Positions 28,488-34,143 of a DNA stretch of 34,143 nucleotides are shown piece after piece. This stretch comes from a virus (Duplodnaviria; Caudoviricetes). A program made the translations under genes and the position numbers. The stretch spans positions 1 to 34,143 of the IMG/VR virus record IMGVR_UViG_3300046778_000344. One strand, given 5' to 3'. Position 1 is the first letter of the stretch. Every line of letters begins with the position of its first letter. The notes beneath the pieces were generated by a model. The model searched no databases, had not been told where the DNA came from, and was given only the letters and a program-made list of their open reading frames with translations.

Positions 28488-29150
28488 TTATTTTTTTAAG
28501 GTTAAAAACGATAATTTCCCCGCAACCATCAACTCCAGAGCATCGCTATCAGCAATCCATTCTTTTTGAGTTCTACGTTGACCTAAATATCGGAACGCTT
28601 CTGGAGCATCGTCAGCAAAAACATAAACTGTACTATTTACAGTAAAGCTTTCATTGCTTTTGCCTTCTTCTGATTTTTCGACAACAACTTCAATTCCTGC
28701 TGCTTTCTCAACTTCTTTTTTAGCCAATAAACCTTTGATTTCCTCTTTTGACAAATAATAAACATCATCAACTCCTAAAAATTCCGACAGCATTTCGGAC
28801 AACTCAGCTTCCCTTGCTTCTTCATTAGCAATTGCTTTGTATTTTTCAATGTATGCAACAATAATTTCTAGATTTTCATCTGAAAGAGATTCAACATTTT
28901 CTACACCCAGTTTAACAGCTTTTTCTCGTAAAGATTTGGAATTTTCCAAATTTTCAATTTCTTCACTCAACTCAGCATCTGTTTTTTCTGCTGTAATTAT
29001 GCCCAGAGAAACAGCCTTCTCCTTTAAATTAGCAGTGTCTACTAATTTCTTTTCAGCTGCATCAATTGCTTTTTTCAATTGTGCAGGAGTAAGAGTCTCG
29101 GCATTCTCAATGCCGAGCTCTATTGCTTTACTTATAAGTTCTTTACTCAT
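28488..29150 (-). CDS. Acidic protein with 3-4 Rho-N/HeH-like helical repeats
   Basis: KAIELGIENAETLTPAQL, KAVSLGIITAEKTDAEL, KAVKLGVENVESLSDENL, EFLGVDDVYYLSKEEI. Confidence 0.65.
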   Translation of the reverse strand: MSKELISKAIELGIENAETLTPAQLKKAIDAAEKKLVDTANLKEKAVSLGIITAEKTDAELSEEIENLENSKSLREKAVKLGVENVESLSDENLEIIVAYIEKYKAIANEEAREAELSEMLSEFLGVDDVYYLSKEEIKGLLAKKEVEKAAGIEVVVEKSEEGKSNESFTVNSTVYVFADDAPEAFRYLGQRRTQKEWIADSDALELMVAGKLSFLTLKK

Positions 29151-29159
29151 TGTTTAGAA

Positions 29160-30161
29160 TTAAGGAGTATAAATGAATTCTTCTTCAGGATAGTACAAAG
29201 CATCCAATGCAGGATTACCAAGACCTCTGTTTACTGCCGTAGAATCATTAAGCATTACCAATTCATTTACGGCATAGTCATAACCAAGCGTAAATTCTCC
29301 AAAAACTTTGATTTTGTAATCTTGTTTTTGTACATCTGTAATAGTGCCAGGATTCTCAATCAAGTCGACCATTCTCACAAGATTACCGTCAATAGTGGCT
29401 TCTATACGTGCTTTATTCATTTTTGGAACTCCAATAATAGCACGTTCTCCTAATCGAGTAATAGCTCCTTTTCCGGCTGAAAAATTTGTGTTCTTTCCGA
29501 AAATATCTTCATAGGCTAATTTGTAATTCTGAGCGTTTTTGGTACTCATTTTCACGCCTGTAATTGCATCCGAGAATTCTTCAGGAATACCTTTTTCGAA
29601 CTCCAATACCACATCCAATATATTAGTATCATCAATGGCATCAGTTGGAATTTTGAAACAAGGATTGTCTGTATTCGCTAACAATTTGGTATGAATCTCA
29701 TTCAAACCGTCCATTGAGAAACCGAAAACTGTAGGTTTGGTAGCGTCAAACTTCCCTTTTACTGAAAGAATATTCACGTCACTAATGATTTTTGCAGTAA
29801 GCATTGTCATCAAGTGTTTAGAGATAGTTTTATCTTTTAACTCAACACCTTCATCGTATTTTTGCTCAATCCAAGAACCAAGAATCTCGGCTGGAGTAAA
29901 AGCAAAGTTTACTTTTTGGTGATAGTTTTTCAATTGTTTCCCTCTAAATTGAGCATCACCCATTTCAGTCCATGTAGCAGAAAACTGTTGAACCACATGT
30001 CCCATAACCGAATTAACAGAAGCAAATTCGCCTCTAATTCGCGGAATCAATCGCGCATATCTATTCAAAATAATTTCTTTTGACATTATAGCTGCGTTTA
30101 AAACGGTAGGATTCTGATCCTTAAACCTTTTTACTTCTTCTAAAATCTGATCTATATTCAT
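29160..30161 (-). CDS. Major capsid protein
   Basis: 333 aa directly after the protease/scaffold gene; size and motifs (FSMDGL) fit an HK97-fold capsid. Confidence 0.75.
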   Translation of the reverse strand: MNIDQILEEVKRFKDQNPTVLNAAIMSKEIILNRYARLIPRIRGEFASVNSVMGHVVQQFSATWTEMGDAQFRGKQLKNYHQKVNFAFTPAEILGSWIEQKYDEGVELKDKTISKHLMTMLTAKIISDVNILSVKGKFDATKPTVFGFSMDGLNEIHTKLLANTDNPCFKIPTDAIDDTNILDVVLEFEKGIPEEFSDAITGVKMSTKNAQNYKLAYEDIFGKNTNFSAGKGAITRLGERAIIGVPKMNKARIEATIDGNLVRMVDLIENPGTITDVQKQDYKIKVFGEFTLGYDYAVNELVMLNDSTAVNRGLGNPALDALYYPEEEFIYTP

Positions 30162-30173
30162 AGTTTTGAAAAA

Positions 30174-31517
30174 TTACGCTTTGTTATAAAATTCATTGTG
30201 ACTGTCAGAGGCATTCACAATGCTATCTTCTTCCTCAAAAGAATCACCTTCAGCTTTTGGCTTAGTGATTTTTGTTCCTGGAACCGCTCCCAGTCTTGTC
30301 ACTTCAGATCCTAAAGTCGCAATTTGACTTTCGATACTTGCATCAGGAGCTACAGTAACCTTTGCACCTTTAACAGCGGTTTTTACAGCGGTTTCTAATA
30401 CAGTGACTTTGCCTTCAGCTTCCGTCACTTTGCCATTAGCAGCAGTAACTGCATTGTCTTTTTCAACCAAAGCGTTTTCTAACGCCTCCAGTTGCGCTTC
30501 CGTGATTTGTACTCCTTTATTCCCCAGAACCGTCGAAATGGTAGCAATACCACTTCCTTCAATTCCTAGAATTCCCTGAAGCACAGGAAAGCCCTTAGTC
30601 TTTTTTGACATAGTCTTATTTGTTTTTGAATTATTATTTGAATTTGAATTTCCTTTTTTTGAACGTGACCACACTTCAGCAATGGCATCATTGAGAGATC
30701 CGTTTAAATCTATTAACCCCATAGCAATAGATTCTTCACCGGACCAGGTACCACCCTTAAAAACTTCTGGGTTTAATTGCGGTCTTACTCCTTTCATATC
30801 TCCATGAAAAATCAAAACATTTGGATTCAGTTCTGTAGAAATGTAGTTTTTACCACCCTCATCAGTTCCGTCCATCACACCTCGATGACCTTTGTTTTTA
30901 TCTGGAGATAAATCCGAATAAAGTGTATTTACGGTCGCCCCATATTTTTCGAGTATACCATTGTAATTGATAAGCACAGCATAACCACCAATAGAACCAA
31001 TGGCATCAGCACGCCTGTTCGCCATTATAAAAGTGGCAGGAGCTGCTACATAATAAGCAGCAGAACATAGATACCCACTAGTGTAAAATCCGATGATTTT
31101 TACTTCAGCAAAAGCTTTAACAGCGTCATACATTTCAGGTGTACCATAAAGTTGGCCACCACCCGAATCCGTATCAACCACAACCCCCAGAACTGAAGGA
31201 TCATTCTTTAAAGTTTCAAGAATAGAGATATAGGATTGAGTACCTAACCAGTCATAAGTACTGTATTTTACAACAGGTTGTTTAAGGTCCAGAACCACAA
31301 CCTTTTTAGATGAATCACTTAAAGAAGAATTGACTTCCGAAGCAGAAGAATTTACATTCAAACTTATTTTAGTAATCCCCTTAATTTTATCAGCTTCCGA
31401 TTTTACGACAGCATTTTTACCTGTAAAAATCGAAATCAAAGAAGGAACAAGACCAAGCCCATAAGACTGATCTATATAAAATTTACCTGAAAAAAGAGTG
31501 TCAAGATTTTGGCTCAA
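30174..31517 (-). CDS. S49 (SppA/ClpP-like) prohead protease with C-terminal scaffold
   Basis: DSGGG, LCSAAYYVA, IGSIGGY motifs; coiled-coil C-terminus; TTG start. Confidence 0.9.
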   Translation of the reverse strand: MSQNLDTLFSGKFYIDQSYGLGLVPSLISIFTGKNAVVKSEADKIKGITKISLNVNSSASEVNSSLSDSSKKVVVLDLKQPVVKYSTYDWLGTQSYISILETLKNDPSVLGVVVDTDSGGGQLYGTPEMYDAVKAFAEVKIIGFYTSGYLCSAAYYVAAPATFIMANRRADAIGSIGGYAVLINYNGILEKYGATVNTLYSDLSPDKNKGHRGVMDGTDEGGKNYISTELNPNVLIFHGDMKGVRPQLNPEVFKGGTWSGEESIAMGLIDLNGSLNDAIAEVWSRSKKGNSNSNNNSKTNKTMSKKTKGFPVLQGILGIEGSGIATISTVLGNKGVQITEAQLEALENALVEKDNAVTAANGKVTEAEGKVTVLETAVKTAVKGAKVTVAPDASIESQIATLGSEVTRLGAVPGTKITKPKAEGDSFEEEDSIVNASDSHNEFYNKA

Positions 31518-31523
31518 AATAAA

Positions 31524-31560
31524 AAAATTGTATCGTTACTATTATTAACGATACAATTTT
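31524..31560 (-). terminator. 15-bp inverted repeat, terminator-like, overlapping the capsid promoter
   Basis: AAAATTGTATCGTTA-CTATTAT-TAACGATACAATTTT; ends in a T7 run on the minus strand. Confidence 0.65.
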
Positions 31561-31589
31561 ACGGCTGTAATCCCCCTTTAAAAAGGACA
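31554..31589 (-). promoter_or_regulatory. Putative phage late promoter (capsid operon)
   Basis: TGTCCTTTT-N17-CGTAAAATTG. Confidence 0.65.
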
Positions 31590-31593
31590 GTAA

Positions 31594-32043
31594 TTAAAGT
31601 GAAACCTTTAAAAAATAAGCATTTCCACGGCATGTAACCGTAAATCCATTATCCTGTTGTGGATTGACAGTATTGTCATCATTAAACAAATATTCCAGTG
31701 GCATTTCATTACAACCAAAGATTATTTTACCATAAGGATGATACAACACCACTAAAACTTTTCGATTTTGTAAACTTTCTAACTTTTCTATTGTTTCCGG
31801 TAATTGATTATTTATTGATATTTCTATCTTATAATCACGCAATAGTCCCGAGTCAGTCAGCTTGCTAGTAGCAGGAAATTTTATATCTTCAGGAAGCAAC
31901 TTAATTTTTACCGCTAAATCATCATCAAAAACAATATCCCGTTTTTCTAAAACGTATTTCATTGGGTAAAATACCTTTTTAGCGTCCAAAATAGAAGCCG
32001 AATTAATGTTTATATAATTTCCTGAAACCCTTGCATCAATCAT
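31594..32043 (-). CDS. Hypothetical phage protein (possible head-closure/structural)
   Basis: 149 aa beta-rich ORF upstream of the protease gene. Confidence 0.6.
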   Translation of the reverse strand: MIDARVSGNYININSASILDAKKVFYPMKYVLEKRDIVFDDDLAVKIKLLPEDIKFPATSKLTDSGLLRDYKIEISINNQLPETIEKLESLQNRKVLVVLYHPYGKIIFGCNEMPLEYLFNDDNTVNPQQDNGFTVTCRGNAYFLKVSL

Positions 32044-32119
32044 AGCTATAAAATATCAATTAATTTATGTATAAACTTACAATAACGGGGGACAAATCCG
32101 TCAAATTTTTATATGTCCC

Positions 32120-32557
32120 CTAGTACTTAATATTTCGTTTAAAATCCTTTACTAAAGTTTCAAATTTTATATCGTCTTCGTAAATATCATAAGTCGTTAA
32201 AAACTGAGCTAAAGAAGTTTCCTTCGGAATATTATTTGCTAAAAAGTTAGTAGTGACAAATCCTCTCATTTCCTCCCTGAACATAGAATCTACACGGGAA
32301 TTGAATTTCTTAGCAACTCGATTATCAATATATATTCCCATTTTTTCCATGTAGCTAAATGATATCTCAACTGGAAAAGTATATGTGTCATTAATAACTT
32401 CCAGATCAGAGTATTTTTTTGTCAAAATATCTAAAACCATCCCTCCAAAAAAGCAAAATTTAGTTACCACTAATTTTTCACCCACTTTTTTTTGTAAATA
32501 CTTGTAAATATGTGGTTTTACAGGAAAATTTATCACTACGGCTGATTTACTACTCAT
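32120..32557 (-). CDS. Hypothetical protein, candidate late transcription regulator
   Basis: 145 aa, first gene of the minus-strand block with a host-type promoter; helical C-terminus FLTTYDIYEDDIKFETLVKDFKR. Function is inferred. Confidence 0.5.
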   Translation of the reverse strand: MSSKSAVVINFPVKPHIYKYLQKKVGEKLVVTKFCFFGGMVLDILTKKYSDLEVINDTYTFPVEISFSYMEKMGIYIDNRVAKKFNSRVDSMFREEMRGFVTTNFLANNIPKETSLAQFLTTYDIYEDDIKFETLVKDFKRNIKY

Positions 32558-32586
32558 AGAAAAATATTTTACAGTTTTTTTTAAAA

Positions 32587-32594
32587 CAAATATA
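32587..32594 (-). promoter_or_regulatory. Bacteroidota -7 promoter element
   Basis: TATATTTG on the minus strand about 30 nt upstream of the ATG at 32557. Confidence 0.6.
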
Positions 32595-32626
32595 CATAGA
32601 TTAATGTAGTTTTTTCAGGAATTTTC

Positions 32627-32814
32627 GTTCCACAGTTCCACATTTTGAAAATCAACAACTTACAGCGTTGAACCTTGTGGAACTATCATAAAAATGTAGG
32701 AACTATAAAAAACAGTTCCACAAGTTCCACAATTTTAAAAGCTTTGAAAATTGATTTAATGATTTGATATATAAATAATTATAATATATATGTGGAACTG
32801 TTGAACTGTGGAAC
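32627..32814. repeat. Iteron-like GTTCCACA array with AT-rich core (candidate replication origin)
   Basis: GTTCCACA at 32627, 32635, 32715, 32724; reverse TGTGGAAC at 32676, 32791, 32807; variants at 32695 and 32799. Confidence 0.75.
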
Positions 32815-32950
32815 TATTTACTTCTCAACTTTTCGCCCTCGCTACTTTATAACACTTTTTAAAATTAGGGGGAGCGGGGGAAATCTCAAAAAAAAAATTT
32901 TTGAGATTTATTGTAGATCATTATTTAGTTCATATTGGCCGTTGCGTGCA

Positions 32951-33102
32951 TAATTACCGCCCCACAACTCCACTAGTCCACATCTTTGGGGATTTTTAGA
33001 ATCTGGGGGTTTGGGGGAGGGTTTAATTACCGTCCCGGGGCGGAATATTGGACTAGTGTTTTACGCACCAGGATTGCGATTATAATTACCGTCCGGGGCG
33101 GA
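32951..33102. repeat. GC-rich repeat/structured element
   Basis: TAATTACCG three times (32951, 33024, 33083), two extended to TAATTACCGTCC(C)GGGGCGGA; 10-bp inverted repeat 32971-32980/33049-33058. Confidence 0.65.
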
Positions 33103-33118
33103 TTGAAACGTAAAAAAG

Positions 33119-33394
33119 ATGATGTATTTTAAAGACGAAGAAGTCGATGCTATGAAATCCATTTTTAAGCGATTAGACACGTCAACACTCAACAGCTTGC
33201 AATACTTTACTAAAGAGAATAAACTTCGGACAGGATGCACCATGGCCATCTACAACAAGTGGAATAAACCCATTTTTGTATTCCAAAACTTCCAGAACCT
33301 ATCGCCCTACCGAATGAAGCTCCTGAAGCGTTTAGCTGCCAAAATTACTTATCCGTTATACATAACGCAGCCACGTGAAGATATCGGCGGATGA
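33119..33394 (+). CDS. Hypothetical protein
   Basis: 91 aa basic ORF with A-rich leader; no recognisable motif. Confidence 0.45.
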   Translation: MMYFKDEEVDAMKSIFKRLDTSTLNSLQYFTKENKLRTGCTMAIYNKWNKPIFVFQNFQNLSPYRMKLLKRLAAKITYPLYITQPREDIGG

Positions 33395-33558
33395 TACACG
33401 CAGGCTGAAAAAGCAAACCTTATGTTTCAGTTTAAAACTAATTTTCCAAACACAAAATCATCTTTAAATTTAGCCTAAAGTCAGCTTGCTTGTATCATAT
33501 GTTAATGGCTGTTTTTTCTTCCGATTTAGAAAATAATTTAAATATTTTATAAAAACGC

Positions 33559-33588
33559 TTGTTTATTAGAAAATAAGTCATATATTTG
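33559..33588 (+). promoter_or_regulatory. Near-consensus Bacteroidota promoter with operator-like repeats
   Basis: TTG-N19-TATATTTG; AGAAAATAA at 33528, 33568 and 33593. Confidence 0.75.
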
Positions 33589-33635
33589 CTAAAGAAAATA
33601 ACAACGAAGTTATTCTCACTGTAAAAACAAACATT

Positions 33636-33938
33636 ATGAAAACTAAAGTAATCAACACAGAAAACGGAGAATTTATCAACGAATTTGCAACATTAGAATT
33701 AGCAAATGAATTTATTGCAACTGAAAAATTAGAAGATGCAGAATTAGAACTTATTGCAGTTCCTGTAATGTATGTAATTGCAGATGGAAGTGGAGATTTC
33801 CCAAAATGGTATGATGAAAACGAAAGTAGATTCGGAGGGGATATTTCTAACGCAACTACTTTCAAAACAGAACAAGAAGCAAAGGATTTTATTGTTTCAA
33901 GTGATTGGTCAGAATGGGCTTACGTAGAAGAAAACTAA
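33636..33938 (+). CDS. Small acidic hypothetical protein
   Basis: 100 aa, about 23 D/E versus 7 K/R; A-rich leader behind a consensus promoter. Confidence 0.8.
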   Translation: MKTKVINTENGEFINEFATLELANEFIATEKLEDAELELIAVPVMYVIADGSGDFPKWYDENESRFGGDISNATTFKTEQEAKDFIVSSDWSEWAYVEEN

Positions 33939-33939
33939 A

Positions 33940-34143
33940 ATGCCATTCATTTTGAAAACTAAAGAAACCGAGCAATACAGGTTGTTCGGTTCTTTACCTA
34001 TCCTTTGCCGTAGCATTGGATTTGACGAAAAACAAGAGAAAAACCTTCTTTATAATTTCTCTCAAAAAAAAGAGGTTCAATTTGAAAATGATGCTTTTCT
34101 AATAGTGAGGGTTGAACTTGAACGTGGTGGTTCTGCAAAATAG
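33940..34143 (+). CDS. Small protein, possible HTH/NUMOD1-like DNA binder
   Basis: 67 aa, 1 nt after the upstream stop; FGSLPILCRSIGF...LLY pattern. Confidence 0.55.
   Translation: MPFILKTKETEQYRLFGSLPILCRSIGFDEKQEKNLLYNFSQKKEVQFENDAFLIVRVELERGGSAK

Larger units (their letters stand above)
1..34143. mobile_element. Temperate siphovirus-like prophage of a Bacteroidota host (boundaries not visible)
   Basis: Integrase plus terminase, portal, capsid, tape measure and lysis genes; TAnnTTTG promoters and A-rich non-SD leaders typical of Bacteroidota. Confidence 0.9.

Noticed and set aside
371-30083. Many short + strand or nested ORFs in the track (e.g. 7264-7641, 12661-12993, 26772-27116, 29079-29453)
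   Set aside because: Antisense or alternate-frame shadows of well-supported genes, with no motifs.
32627-33102. CRISPR array
   Set aside because: Repeats are only 8-21 nt, in mixed orientation, with irregular spacing; no cas genes.
33578-33865. 95-aa minus-strand ORF (also 33061-33249)
   Set aside because: Antisense to + strand ORFs that have better leader or promoter support.
1-34143. Stop-codon reassignment or intron/intein-split genes
   Set aside because: Coding density is high under the standard code, and terL, portal, capsid and TMP are uninterrupted and of normal size.

Overview
An AT-rich, Bacteroidota-type (Flavobacterium-like) temperate siphophage or prophage segment. A tyrosine integrase (+ strand) converges on a roughly 31 kb minus-strand late region. 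In transcription order it holds: putative activator, S49 protease/scaffold, major capsid, tail tube, ParB-methyltransferase plus a thymidylate-synthase homolog, terminase, portal, adaptor, fibre/RBP genes, holin-endolysin-u-spanin, tail chaperone/terminator, three moron units, tape measure and baseplate genes. The right end has an iteron-like repeat array, a GC-rich repeat/structured element and small + strand genes. Main observations: (1) the TS homolog has Asp at the dUMP/dCMP specificity position (E. coli ThyA Asn177), appears to lack three phosphate-binding arginines, and is coupled to a methyltransferase in the late operon; (2) six copies of a phage-specific bipartite promoter-like motif (T/A)GTCCTTTT-N17-YBRAAWTT(T)G; (3) a C4/CI-like switchable leader RNA ahead of a small moron gene; (4) a DUF285-repeat fibre; (5) an acr-aca-like gene pair. 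All family calls are by motif recognition, not database search. No att sites or replication enzymes are visible in the window.
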